Shown: positions 38,652 through 52,321, numbered from the stretch's first letter. The stretch is DNA of 64,000 nucleotides from Marsupella aquatica (GCA_973895155.1 OZ316891.1:8247875-8311874), one strand, 5' to 3'. A program made the numbers and translations. The notes: generated by a model not told the origin, from the letters alone.

Positions 38652-41600
38652 ATGATGGAGTCGAATGGGGGCTTCATCAATTTGGAAATGGGTTCGTTAG
38701 GGAGAGAGACTAGTAAGGAACCGGAGGAGGATGTTTTGACACCATCAGACCACAACAGCATGGGTGAAACAAATTTCACGACAAACATTGTATTCGAAGG
38801 ATTGCACACAAGAGGACATCACCAGCAGCACAATGTGGCAGAAATTCCTCAATCTGGTGAGTTGCCCCTAGACAGCCCAGGTAGCGAAGGTTCAGATGCT
38901 TCTTCTCGAGGGAGTGGTAAGAAGGAAAGTGGGTTGAGAAATAAAAGAGGGGGAAAAGCGCTCAAGATCCAAGTATATTCTCAACAGGAAGAGGCCGAGC
39001 GGAAAAGATCGAAGTATACTGCGGCCATGGCTGAGAATGCCCCTCTGTACCCATTAGACCTGCACGATCACGCAGTGGATTCCAGTCAAGATGATGAGTC
39101 TGACAGAAGCAGTTCATTTTCCCCAGAAGTCGCAGCGAATGGGTTTGGATCGCCAATCGAGCTACCGTCGAGGGATGGTTTTGATATTCTAACCAGTAGA
39201 TACGAGGGCAATGGAGGCCTCGGCCATGCGCAAAGTGACATGGCGACAACATTACAAGAGATCCCTCTCAGTTCTAATTTTGAGAGAATTGCAGCCGAAC
39301 AACTAGAAAGCGATTATGACGAAGCTCGGCTGGAAGAGACTTCTGTCCCGAGAAGAGGTGGAAGAGCCCTCACCATATATATCACGAAGACTCTAATTCT
39401 TATCCTGCTGTGGTTCACTCTCAGCACGCTTTTAACTGTGTAAGTCCATTCGTTTCTCTTCTTTCTAGATCTACTTGAATACTAGGAATTGTCGGAGTTT
39501 CCCCAATTGTATCCTGTGTTTGAGCGTAACGTTGAGTACGTACCGTCATCAGTATGTCAAAGTGTTTTCTTCTAAACAGTCTTTAGCTTCCTACTTCATC
39601 ACTCGTTTCTATACTTCACAGCTCAATGGCCTTCGACGTAATTTGTGTCAGAACGTGTCATGAATGACACCCTCTTCCAGGGACAGATATACCACCAGCC
39701 TGCAACTTAATCTGGCTTCGGGGTTTTTAGCATGTAGAGAATTGGAGCACCTTATAACATACTTATATTGGTCGGTCGAATATACTCCGTTCTCAGCGAA
39801 TCCATCGTTTTGTAGTGCGGCCATGGTCGAGAGTGGGTTTGAGAGATAAAGGAGTGGATTCCAGTTAAGATGATGAGTCTGACAGAAGCAATTCATTTTC
39901 TCTAGAAGCTACAGCGAACCGGTTTTGGATTGCTAATCGAGTTACCGTCAAGAGATAGTTTTGATACATTAAGTAGTAGATACGAGAACCAGGGAGTCCT
40001 GGGCAGTAAGCCAAATGAGATGGCGACAACATTAGAAGACGTCCCTCTGAGTACTAAATTCGACAAAGTTGCAGCTGACTGGCTACCTACAAACCCTGAG
40101 AGACTGTCTGCAGTGTCGGAAGTCTTAAGCAGGGCCATAGTAGCCGATTTAATGGGTATCTTTGCATGACGGTTGGCTATTAAGAACGATAATTACTTAT
40201 CTACATTTCAACGTGGGTTTGGTTGCAGTTACAACAAAAAAATATTGGGAAACGATCCACGCAAAAGCGAGCAGGACTTTCCAGCCCCTTATATGATGCA
40301 GACCATCCACTTTTCTCTACAAGGACTGATTTCAACTATTTTGGTCCGGTGCATTCCCTCAATGCGTCCGTCGGCTCACATGTCGTGGAAAGATTACGTC
40401 TTTCGTGGTAATTTGAGTATTTATTGTACTGGGATCCCATTCTTGGTGATCTTGTTTTTTTCACAAGCTTGATTGCTTTCACGCATTTGATTTACCTTCA
40501 GTAGATGAAGAGAATGGTGTTGCCCACGCTGATCTTTGAAAGCTGGCTTGTACAGTGGTACCAACAGCGCTGGCAACAGCTCTTGATATTGGTTTTTCCA
40601 ACGAGTCTCTTCGACTCATTTCAGTATCATTCATGACTATGGTGAGTTTCAGGCTAGTCATCATTGTTGGGACGGTTGTCATAAATGTAAGATTATAAGA
40701 TGCGTGTTTGACAAAAAGACAGGAGACTGGAGGTGACATCTAGAGTATAATCCCACTCTGAAGTTTACGAATTAAATTGGTGATTTGTCCTATGAGAGTA
40801 AACGAGCTTGTTAATATCTATGAAGATCTAGTCCGTAAGATGGCAAGACTTTACCACTCTACCGGAAAGAAGCGAAGTCAAAGAAAGTCTTTATTCAAAT
40901 TTCACTCGGACTGGAAGAGCAAAGGAAAATGTGCACAGCTACCATGAAAACTATTACGTGAGGCTGTCATTTTGGTTCCGCTGCTGGGCGGAGAAGCAAC
41001 ACCATGGGTTGAATTCATGGTAATCTAATGAGCAATTGCACGTTTCTGGTGCAGTGCAAGTCGAGTGCTCCAATTTTCCTACTCATCTTTGCGTTTATTT
41101 TCAAGTGAGTAATTTTTTCTTTCCTTTGGATTGTTTTTGTTGCAACTGTTAGGGCAGTCGTAATATAGTTAAGCCCTACTTTCCTTTCCTTTTAAATCTT
41201 GTCGAAAAGGGCAATCACTAGGGGCACAATGAACTGCTTTAATGAGTACTTCTGGGGTCTGAGGTGTTAGCCCCAAGGGTTGGAATGAAGATGACGAGAA
41301 AATTCGACTCATTTGTGGACATTTTCCCCTGAAACCCTTCTGCATTTTACTTAAACGCGAGTCACTATAAGCTGCATGAAGAACATACTGTGAGCCATCC
41401 TTTGAGGAGCAATGAAGATTGACGTGTCGCGGTAACCAGAGAATAACCTGTTGGTTGGCCTCCCTAGAAAGTATTTAGTTGTCGTTCAAGAATGATCGAG
41501 TACATACTAGTATAGGTTTGGTGGAAATAATTTTGCAACTATAACTCGTGTTTGGGGATAAAGTTTTGCTGGGGACTCTGTCGAGGTGGTGAAATTAATG

Positions 41601-44290
41601 TCTTTCCCGGTAAGTGATCTGCTGTTGAAAGGGAAAACTTTGTCTCTGTGTGAATCCACATATCCATATTTGAAGACTTCCCTGCGACGCACCGACTTTG
41701 TGTCTGTGTATATCCATATTTCCAATCTGCATGCATCAGATTTCCAAGCAGGATGTACTCCGCGGCTACAAGCCTTGCAACGCACCGACTTTGTCTGTGT
41801 GTATATATATTTCCAATCGGCATGAATCAGACTTCCAAGCAGGATGTACAGAAGATTTTCTCTTTGGAAGTCTATGATTATGGATAGACAGCTAACAATC
41901 CACTGGGTTAACTATCCTTTCAGGCTGGAGGTGCCGAGTTATAAACTTCTTGGAATTATTGTTGTTATTTCAGCCGGGGTCATGATGACAGGTACTTTGC
42001 TTTTGAATTTTATTGAACGACTAAGTGATCAGTTGGTGTTTACTGTTGTCTAAGGGAAAAGGCATGGGTACTAGTTGTCATCTTTCAGTTGAGTTGAGAC
42101 TTTATATCAGACCAAAACGAGGGACCTCATGTTGTACCGAATCTTCTAGTGGTTAGGTCTGCAAGACTAGACAAATGGCTGCAAGACCAGAAATGCGGCC
42201 TTTAAAAGGACTGAATTTGGCTCCTTCCTGACACTTACTTAATGGTAGGGTTGCAGTCCCACAAGGCGCAGGTTTTAATCTTTTAGGCTTCATACTGGTC
42301 ATGTCCGCTGCTATTATGTCTGGGTTTCGCTGGACAGTTACTCAGCTTCTTCTCCAGGTTTGTTGCAACGTCCCAATTCTTAAAAAGCCTTGCATGCTTA
42401 GTACGAATCTCAACCGTAGCTGACAAGTTGGGTTGGGTTTGAGGTAGTGCATGTAAATATGAACGTGGTATGTCTGGCAGCAGAAATAGCACTTTAGGAC
42501 TCTTTCGTTTTTTCACAAGTGCCTCGTCTGATCTGGACATTTGCATGCCGTTGAAGGTCAAGGATTGAGCACCGTGGAATATGACTTGTGGCTGTTCATC
42601 CATTTGTTAAACTCTGATGTGAATGGAATTGGGGGACGTACTTGCTGAAATTCCCTGTAGGAGTCAATGAATATGGTGACCAAGATCAATTTGATGTATT
42701 GAAAGCTCGTGATCTCCAAAGAAACTTATTGATATTTGTTTTCTTGTGGCACGTGGGCGTGATCACTGCGTTTTACGTGTTCAGAAAGAACAATATGGTA
42801 CGTGGGTTGTTTCCTCTCGGATTGGCATTCGTTGACCCTTGCTTCATCTCAAATACATCAGGCATATGTGCTACTGAAGAAACCTAATAAATCACTTGTT
42901 AGCTGCAAGGCTCATATCTGGTAGAAACACAGTCAAATATGATAAATGAAAACAAATTTATATCAACGGAGGAAATTTGCATTCTCTAAGAAAATTGCGG
43001 TTGACTGTGTTTTCTGTTTCCCTTTTGCAGGTCTGAGCAATCCTTTTGCTGCTATGAGTGTCCTGACACCTGTTATGGCAGCTATATCATTAGTCCTGTC
43101 CTTGTTATTGGAGCCCTGGGGAAAGCTGGGGGATTCTCACTACTTCGACAGTTCCCGGCATATACTGATCAGCTTTGCAATCATGTTGCTTGGTGGTACC
43201 CTAGCTTTCTTCATGGTAATACTTTCCTTACTTCACAAGTGCGAGCGAAGGCTCACAAAAGTTTTTATTTAATTAGGTAAATTGTTTTCTTTGTCTTCGT
43301 ACTGATTCTCGTTCTTCGCAAGTTCCCAGGTGTCAACCGAATTTGTGCTTTTATCTGAAACAAGTGCAGTGACTCTGACTGTCGCTGGTATTGTTAAGGA
43401 GCTCGTGACTGTATTGGTAAGACAACTGGAACCCGTTTGACTCACAAAGTAGATTTCTTGTGATTGGTTGGTTTATCAAGGTTGGACTGCTAATGGTTCA
43501 ATATCATTGTTTTCTTGGCCGAAAATACTGTACTGTCGACATCTTCACAGTTTCAAGGCTGCTTTGTGAGATTAGATTCGGTCCCGAAATTGTAAAGAAT
43601 ATCTAAAGCTGTGGTAGGTCTTGTTCGATAAGTCTTTCCATGAAGTCGAGGTTGCTGAACGTCGGGTTGGCATTATACATTCTGATTTGTTTTGTGCTCA
43701 GCACATCTTAGATAGAACTGGATATCATTGAGCCCTATGCAAGTTCTTCCATTTGACACATCCTTGCAGTGCGTACTTTTAATGCAATTTGAGTAGCGGA
43801 CTTTACGGACTTCCCTCTGTGTAGCTTTGCGTCGATGATCGAAGTGGAATGAGCGTAGAGTAGTGGTAATGATTTCTGAATATTTTGTTATTGCTCTTCT
43901 CAGGTTGCTGTTATATTCCTCAAGGACGAGTTCACCATTTTAAAGGGATTTGGGCTGGGGGTCATAATCATTGGAGTCAGTCTGTACAACTTGTACAGGT
44001 AAGATCCACTTTTCCAAGCTCTATTGCTCGTCTCTTAAAATCGTCTAGGTCTTTATTGATGATATCCTCATCATCTGGTTGCTCTTCTCAATTGCCAAAC
44101 AATATAATTGTGTTTGTATATTGGCCCGTGCTCACTCGTTTGGATCTCCAGGTACCGAAAGCTGAGAGAAAGAGGACACGGTGATCATCCGTCATTCGAC
44201 GATCTTAGTGGCAGACCCAATTATGTGCCCCTCCAAGATACTACAGGAGTTTTTGAACTGGGGGATGATGCAGATGAGGATATTCCTTAA
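38652..44290 (+). CDS. Nucleotide-sugar / triose-phosphate transporter family protein (SLC35C2 / At1g06470-like); 11 exons, 596 aa, with a long acidic N-terminal extension
   Basis: Exons 38652-39439, 40229-40407, 40556-40641, 41055-41104, 41924-41991, 42257-42357, 42785-42797 (a 13-nt micro-exon), 43031-43215, 43330-43416, 43904-43998 and 44152-44290, total 1791 nt. Contains YNK, FPAP, VPTALATALDIGFSN, CKSSAPIF, SGFRWTVTQLLLQ and TSAVTLTVAGIVKE. Confidence 0.93.
39818..40100 (+). pseudogene. Degenerate duplicate of part of transporter exon 1, located inside intron 1
   Basis: gtggattccagttaagatgatgagtctgacagaagc...IELPSRDSFDTLSSRYE...MATTLEDVPLS matches 39075-39300 (IELPSRDGFDILTSRYE...MATTLQEIPLS), with a stop and a frameshift. 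Confidence 0.9.
41688..41848. repeat. Intronic tandem duplication with a period of about 92 bp
   Basis: cgcaccgactttgt...atatttccaatc.gcatg.atcaga.ttccaagcaggatgtac occurs twice. Confidence 0.88.
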
Positions 44291-45276
44291 GTGGCAAGTA
44301 ACTAGTCATTTCTTTCTCTGTGATGCTGAAAACATCCGGACTGTTATTCATCAAGGCAGCCCTGCTTAAGGTGGTTAGAATTATGAGAAGGGGTTGTAAA
44401 TTGAATCATTATTTCCCAATTCAAATAATTGCATGGGTAGAGTCTACTTCTCATTGTAAATCAATTTCATGGCGACAACACAATTTACATGATCATCTTC
44501 CCAGAAACAGGAGTGGGAACTATCTCTCCCAAGGTCAAATATGTTGGAGTCAGGACAATCCAAACAACATCGCTAGCAAATTTATTCTAAAAGCTCGAGG
44601 AAAACCTCTACATGTAAGACCAGGTACGAAAGTGGGTACTTTTGTAAGGGCAGGCATGCATGTCACCGAGGGTGAACGCATGTGGCGCTAAATTTGAGCC
44701 ATCTGCTGTCTTTCTGCCTCCCAGCCTCAGTAAAGTTGGCTTAGTTCTTGTCTGGGTCCGGTCCCTGTAATTGTAGAAAGGCCATGCACTACGGTAGCAC
44801 CCGACGTGTTTCCCATACAGACTCGAAAGCATACAAGATGGGAGGGGTATGATAATGGGATGAACTTCTTCACCGTCCACAAAATCTGTTCTTTGGAAGA
44901 ATTTCTTTGAATTTCTCTGGGTTCTTCAGGATGACGACAGAAGGAAAATTGTTTGGCTCACAGTTACTCAACTTGTATCGATGACGATTGTAACGATGGT
45001 TAGGGGACTTGGAGCGGGTCTCCCCATACATCAGACGGACCTTCAAAGTAAGTCACAAGTATTTGGCAAAAGGAGAGGGAAGCAGTCAATTGTAGGGCAC
45101 TTCGATCTATGTGGAAAAGCCCGATCTTGAGAATATAAATGGCACCTGTTTTAAATTGTTGTTCACTGTGTCACTGTGTGGAATGCGAGCCAGAGTAGCT
45201 CCTAGTCACAGTCACATTAGTTTGCTAACGTGGAGTTGTACCGAACGGCCTCGCAACCAACCCACCAGTCAAAGTC

Positions 45277-45301
45277 CTCTCTCTCTCTCTCTCTCTCTCT
45301 C
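45277..45301. repeat. (CT)n microsatellite
   Basis: About 12 CT units. Confidence 0.95.
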
Positions 45302-45697
45302 CAAGCTGACCAGAATCATCGAGAAGGTTTGGGCATCATGAAGAATCCACCATTCACTACCGGCAAATTTGCCAAATGTCTAAAATCATCTTGTACGCCA
45401 ATATTTTTTACAATGCGAACGTCACGATGACAGAGCCTCTGTGTATGATTGCATAGCAAATATTTCAATTTCAAGATATCTCGGATTCTCATGGCGAAAG
45501 AATTTCGAAAATACTTTAACCTTCACAATTAGGAACGAGTGATTTACCGACGACTTCAATTTAGCTACAAAGCGCCTGACTGGGAATCTTCGACACGCGA
45601 TTATAGGACCCGGGCATCCAACATTTCACGAGAGATTTGAAGATAAAAAAATACACATGTACACAGTACTCCCTCCCTCACGCGGCCCCGCAGAGAA

Positions 45698-46558
45698 CTA
45701 CTTCACCTCCTCGTCAGCCGCGAACTTCCTCAAATCTTCCATATCAACCTTGTTGAGAGCAGACCGCTCTGTCGCGTGCAGGAAGACTCTCGGCACAGCC
45801 GCTTCTCCAATTTGCCCACTCCGATACGCGTCCAGCGCCTCCTTCCACCTGCTGGTGCAGAGGCACCACTTGCAGCCGCCTTGCATGCCGGGGATGGAGC
45901 GCAGGTCGTTGCCGCGAGAGGCAGAGAAGCGGAGGAACTCGTCCGACACGACGCCTACATACACATTGCCAAATGAAGCCTTGGCTCAGCGGATGCCGAG
46001 GGAAAGAACGAAACAGGATGGAATGGAGCAGAGAAGGGAGAGGACTAGACTGATGAACAACAAGAGTAGAAATTTCCCGGACTTCAAATGGAGAGTTAGA
46101 GACGTATGTACCAGCAACGGCGTGGTTTCCGAAATCCTGGGGGTCGGTCCTGCAGTACCCGTCGCGGTAGAAGCCGGTCATCGGCTTGTTTGAGAAGAAA
46201 GCCAGAGGCTTCGAGAACACTGTCCAGTTTCGCAGAATGAGGAGATCATTAGCACAACTCTCCGTTGCATCTTAAATTGCCATCGCCATTGCCAATACTG
46301 AAGGAGAAGACTGTCCAGTTCCGCAGAACGATATCATCTTCTTAATTTGTCATTGCCATCACCAATAATGAAGGAGAAGGACTCAGCACAACCGCAATCC
46401 AAAGCTGATTCTCTACTTGCTCGGTACAAATACAATTCAGAGATCTCCAATCCACAAACACAATTCGAAGAAACGAAAGGAACAGGAACAAGAAACCCAA
46501 ATCAGGCCATTCATACAACAACCATACCATTCAGATTTTGGATGTTCGGCTTCGCCAT
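45698..46558 (-). CDS. DUF2237 family protein, fungal-type; 3 exons, 131 aa
   Basis: Exons 46558-46528, 46219-46112 and 45954-45698 (GT-AG, 396 nt). They give MAKPNIQNLNVFSKPLAFFSNKPMTGFYRDGYCRTDPQDFGNHAVAGVVSDEFLRFSASRGNDLR...GCKWCLCTSRWKEA...VPRVFLHATERSAL, with the DUF2237 motifs TGFYRDG, GNDL and WCLC..RW.EA. Confidence 0.9.
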
Positions 46559-46869
46559 TGTGATGTCTCGCGGAGAATACCAGTAGCCCAGCAGAACGGC
46601 GAACAAAGGGAGGCAAAGCTTGAGAAGTTGTTGCAAGAAGTGGGCGACGAACGAGACCGACATTGTCTGTCTATGGCGATGGACACGAATTATGTACAGA
46701 AGTGGAGAGCTTTGGTTCGAGAATTCTCCACGTGCGCTGCAGATTTCGAAACAACTGGCCCCCAGATTTCGAAGGTGATTGGTTTCCATAGGACACAATC
46801 ATTTCGACTGTGCTCAGGACTCCCTTTTCTGCCCCTCTCCCAGATTGTTGGAGTGTCTCTCAGCCATCG

Positions 46870-47392
46870 GATTACAAAATTCAAACGGACCATGTGCCGG
46901 GAGACACAATAGAATGAACTGATTACAAAATTCAAATGGCCCATGTGCAGAGGGACACAATAGAATGAACTAATTTACAAAGAGAGGTATTCTATGTTGC
47001 GAGCAAAGAGGAGATTTTGATAGCAAGGAGATTTTGATAGCTAGACAATAATGGCTCCAAATTTCAGTTGCTTTTTGGTGCCTTTTATATTTTTGGTGTT
47101 TTTTTAAAGACTCCAGATGGCTAGGGCTAGCAAAAAGGGAGTCCCCAAAAGGGATGTTACCAACCAGGTAGTTGATAGCAAGGCAGTTGCATGTAAAAAA
47201 ATAGGGGTCATGCAAGAATTGTTTTTTGCTCGTGTGAGGAAAATTTTTACTGTTTGCTCGCACGTTACAATTACCCTCTGTGGGGGATGGCTGAGCTCAC
47301 TGAGGTCCTATCTGGAATCAGTTTTTAAGTACTTGAATGAACTGATTACAAAATTCAAATGGACCATGTCCATGGAGACAATAGAATGAACA
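46870..47392. repeat. Repeat of about 51 bp (gattacaaaattcaaa.gg.ccatgt...acaatagaatgaac), two tandem copies plus a third at about 47340
   Basis: Directly visible. Confidence 0.88.
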
Positions 47393-47479
47393 AATATCTG
47401 GCTTTTAAGTAGTTGTCATTAAAAATGTTTGAGTTTATAGTACTGTAGTTTTATTTGTATTTACAAATATGTCACTCTT

Positions 47480-47600
47480 TTGGTTTATAGTTCACTTGGT
47501 GAACTTGTCAGACATCCATATATGAAACGCGTGCCATTTTTATAAATACGAGATAAACTGTGGCACTGTTGTCCATTAGAACATCTTTAATGGCAAAGTA
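47480..47600 (-). repeat. Dispersed copy of the TIR-element end seen at 20881-21003
   Basis: Its reverse complement aligns by eye with 20881-21003 (ctaaagat.ttc.aat.gacaa...tatttataaaa...tatatggatg...gaactata.acca). Confidence 0.65.
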
Positions 47601-48559
47601 TCTGGAATACTTTCAGACAACACTTTTTGCTATCTCAATATTGAACTAAAGATCACTACTTAGGAACATTTGTTTCATGGACCAAAATTCTATGTGTCTA
47701 TAGAATTTGCATGAACAACACAGGTGAGGTGTTAGATTTTCAGGCACCACTTTCTTCATCGTCTTTGCAATTTTTGTCTCATCTCCCCTGCACTTGCGAC
47801 TTTTGTCTTCTCTTAAGTTGCACTCTCGTCCCCATCCTTGCAACTTTGACTCTCCTCCCTACCTACAACTCATGCATTGATTCAGCTTTCAAGTATCATT
47901 TAAGAACTTATGCTTGGACCATTTTCGCATTGACAACACTTTCCCTCACCATCACTTATTTTTGACAACACTTTTTCTCAACATCATGAGCTTAGTGACA
48001 ACACAATGACAACTGTGCCCTTCCCGTGCATGCGCACTCGTATTCGGGTTAATCTAAACCTCGTATTATCTTTGTAGTGATCCTCCCATGCAATTTATAG
48101 TAGAGTTTTAGCAGCCAGGCTGTTCAGTTCTTTAGTTCCTTTGCCATTGTTGGAGACTTTGGGGCTGTTGGGCTCTTTTGTCTTTGCTAAGTGAAGTAGT
48201 CCTTGGTTTTCTTGCCTTTATTGGGTTGCCTGCCTTTGGGATCATGTGTGCTGGTTTAACACTTTTTGCTTTTGGACAGTGATATAATATGAAGATCTTC
48301 ATATCCAAAGAAAACATTTATGGTAACCCCTTGTCATGTGATATACTCTATCACCCTCCCAAGCTCTGTCACCTGCTTATCAAACGACTAACACAACAAA
48401 CACCACATGGTTCCACTAAAAATTGTTTGTATCGTATGACGGGGACGTGGAGGGACGCTATATGGATCAATTTCATACTAAGGATGAGTAGATTCGTTTC
48501 CGCTCCCGGAAATGTATTTTTTGATCAAGTCTATCGACTATACGTAATCTGCTTTTGAT

Positions 48560-50900
48560 CAAGTCCCGTGGACTACCTTGCTTCTACTCCTCCTGGCCTT
48601 TGGCAAAGTGCTGTCACCATTCTCCCACTCACATGGTCGACCAAGCCATGTAAGTTTCTCTAAATACTCATACTAGGGGAAGAACACAATAGTGCAACCA
48701 AGAGAGGGAACAACACACAAGAAGTCATGAAAATCCAACCGAATCCATATCTATTAGTGGCCAAGGTAACACATTGCATGGGCAACCCGGTCTCCTACCT
48801 TCTACCCAACTCCTGTCTCACGGGACAATGAGCCTCTCCACCTCAATACTCCGGATCAATTCCCTACTCTTGTTGAAGGCTAACCCTCACAAAAACAACA
48901 CTAGACTAAGTTCCCCCTGCTCCTACCGGGGGCTGCTGGTTAAATACTGAAAACAACAATGCGTGAACACACAAGCCCTAGGGTGTGGCGGCGGCCACTG
49001 CCCTAGCTGGCCGCCATCCACTGGCGGCGCCGCTAACCTAAAAGTTTTCTACACATGCGGCACACACATGCACCCCTAATCCTATTGCTACCTAAGTGAG
49101 GCCAACGGTGCCTTCGTCGGCCATCACACCAACTAAACAAAACTAGACTAATATCCTATGTAGGCCATGGCCTACCTTCCTACTACAGGGTGGCCAACGC
49201 CTCCCACTACTCTGACCATGGAAATAGCCGAAAGTAGAAGTTGATATAAATCTAGTCCTGAGATTTAGATCAACGATCTAGGCCACGACCATCCTGATCG
49301 TAACTCTGAAAACGGCTCCCAAAATGGACATCAGACGCCCGAGATATGGCCTACCGAGTCCCAAACTTTACCCTGGTCACCGCCGCGTCCAAATAGTCCG
49401 TACGGTCCCGGCCTCCCATCATGACATCAAATTGAGGTACCCTGGCCATGGCCACATGCCCTGACTGGCCGGGTCACTCTCCTGAAGGTTGTACGGACGT
49501 CCGTACGGCGTCGGACCCTAATTCTTCACCAAAACGCTCTGATCCGTATCTCTCTCATTTTAACTCCGTTTGAGGCGTGTCTTACATCGTTAGATTCAGC
49601 TCGACGAGCTCCTTCCAATAAGCCCATGAGTTGGCCAGTTGGACATGTGCCCAAAACCAACCTCCGTACGGTCAACATCCGTACCACTACTAATCCTCCT
49701 CGGACTCACTTACGGTGCCGGGGCTCCATCCCCGAGAGTCATCACTGGCCTCACTGCCCCCCTGGGTAGATGCAACACCTCCTCCCCTACTCCTCCCCGG
49801 GGTGGCCCTTCCCAACGTTTGGCCCGAGGTTCCTTGCTTCCGTAATGCCGCCAAAGCCTGCCAAGCCCTGATGTATCCGTGACCGATGGTGTCCTTCCAC
49901 AACGTTGTCTCCTCATCACCCCGCAATTCCAGTGGCAAGACTTGGCCCATGGCCATGGGAGTTCCCGGGGTCACCGACCTAGGTGGCATACCCGTGGTTC
50001 CCTGGCCAGACGTTGCGTTCCTTAGTGCTTTGCGGGTTCACTTCAACTTATTCTCCAGACTCTTGCACTTCTCCTTGTCCTTCTTGGCCGCTTCCAACAT
50101 TGGCCCATAAGTCTTGGTTACTTCGATGACCACTGCATCAATGGCCTTGGCCATCATCTCTGGCGAAGCAACGGGAGTAACACCGGGTGGACAGGGCTTC
50201 TTCCTCTTCCCTAGACTCAGGGCGTCGGCTCTCTTGGCCCTTGTCTCATAAGCACTCACCTGGCCACGCAACTCTGAAATCTGCTTTTTGAGGGCATCCA
50301 CGCCCTTTTCGGCTTGCTTTATCGTTACCAGCTCCTTCCTCAAAGCAACTGCTTCATCGGCCTCCTTGGCCTTGGTGGATAGGGCTCCTCCAGGTGTGGG
50401 GGATTTTATTACTCCCCTCCCCTTGCTTTGCCCCCTTATGGCCGGCTCCTGGTCGCGCCCTCCTGCTTGTGCCTTCCCGGGCCGGCTCCACTCCTGCTCT
50501 TCCTGGCCGGCTCCCTTCTCCCGGGCCTCTTGCCCTTGGCCGGCTTTCTTGGAAAGGGGAATTTAATCCCCCCCTTAGTGCCCCTATAAGCTAAGGCCGG
50601 GCCTCCTTCTTGGGCGGCTCCCTTCTCCGGGACCTCTTGCCCTTATGGCCAGCTCTTTTCGGCCGAGGCTAATTTGTGCTAGGGTCCGTGTTGCTGGCCG
50701 GGGCACCTCATGCGGTGCTTGGCCACTAACTCCTTCGACCGGCCCCCATGCGCAAATACTAGGGCTGGTGATAAAAATGTAAAGCTAGATAATCCCCCGG
50801 CTCCAGCATGGAATGGCAATAGGGCACATGCCTTGGCCCGGACCGGCCAGTGGCCAACCCCCAAACTCTGAGGCTTGGCCCGATAACTAAAATTAAGAGG
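48560..50900 (-). mobile_element. Probable internal/3' region of an LTR retrotransposon with decayed accessory coiled-coil ORF(s)
   Basis: GC-rich block containing the coiled-coil ORF 50038..50343 and internal repeats (ggccggctcccttctccggg). A PPT-like agtgggagaa lies on the minus strand at about 48620. No core retroelement motif is visible. Confidence 0.4.
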
Positions 50901-52154
50901 ACCTAGAAAAAAATATCACTACTTATCTCATCTATATTGCGCATAAACTATTGTTGGCAAGGTTGTAAGAGAACAAAAGAAAAAAACTTGACACAAATCT
51001 ATGTATGTACATGTGTGCGTCACTACTACCCTTTAAAATCATTCCTTGGGACCATTGGCCCCATCACAAGCTCCCACTCTAAAATGGGTTGTTAGACTTA
51101 CTAGTTCACAAATTGAAGGTTCAAGACCACATTCACATGTAGTGTAGGTTTATGACCTTAGCTCAAATGATCAACATGGCCAATCACTTTTTCCTGAGGT
51201 TTTCCTTATTAATTTCTTAATTCCTTGAAAACCCACGAATGAGGGAAAACAAGCAGCACAGAACCAATCCAACCCAAAAGGAGACTGGCCATTGCAATCA
51301 CTTTTTGCCGATACCTAAACCTGCACAGTTATTGGTCTTTCCTGTTAATTTTACTGAAAGGGGTGATGGCCAAAACATAAACCACAACTCCACAAGGAAG
51401 AAGTTGATGGCACAAAGTTGATCGGGGCCGAGTGAATGACAAAAAGTGAAGGGTGCCAAAACATAAACCTAAAGTCAATGGCACAATATTAATCGGGTAA
51501 TCGGGTCGGAGCTGATGATAAAATGTTAGTCTTAGTTTATGTTCTGGCAAACTTGGGCCGGAACAGGCATCAACATTGGGAACTGGGACGGGCAGTGTTC
51601 AGGCCCCAAGACGATCGGGGAACATTAAGGAGGTGTAGATTTAAGGTGCGGTTGAAGGGTCTCATGGTGAAGTTCACACAATCCCACCCAGGGACCATAG
51701 TCAAATGACATTTCATTGACCGCATCCCTAAGTGTACTGTAGATTTACCTGTCTTGATTTTATGTACCATAGATTTGTCACATAATTGCAATGTTGCTGA
51801 TACATTGGTGGCAATTAAGTTGTCTGAGTCTGAGCGATGCAAACATTGTGTCGTCCATCAACACAGTGCCGTACTCGGAGTGACCTTCACGCCGGCAAGC
51901 TTGAGTGGGTACAATGGCAGCGTGACTCAGTGATGTACACCTCGGCTGCTTCTCTTACTCTTTCGATTATCACGCCGGCAGTTTTTGTGAATTTTCAAAC
52001 GTTAATTTTGAGAAAGCAATCATGACATTTTGTGACACTTAATCAAGTAATCACGTCGTGCGTGAGGTACTAACCAGTCCTTGCTAACCATGAAAAGAAA
52101 TTCTCACATTTCAGATTTCAACGCTGCCGTTGTCCACATGTGATGGCTCGGCGA

Positions 52155-52321
52155 GGATTTTTCGCCACAGCGTCCAGCTAATTTAGCTCTTCAACAGAAA
52201 TAGATTTTGTTGAATTTGATTCGCAGTGCACGCTACTGGATTTTTCGCCACAGCGTCAAGCTAATTTAGCTCTTCAACAGAAATAAATTTTGTTGAATTT
52301 GATTCGCAGTGCACGCTACTG
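52155..52321. repeat. Near-perfect 83 bp tandem duplication
   Basis: ggatttttcgccacagcgtc...gcagtgcacgctact starts at 52155 and again at 52238, with 2 mismatches. Confidence 0.95.

Noticed and set aside
45657-46193. 178-aa plus-strand ORF
   Set aside because: It is the antisense shadow of the DUF2237 gene.
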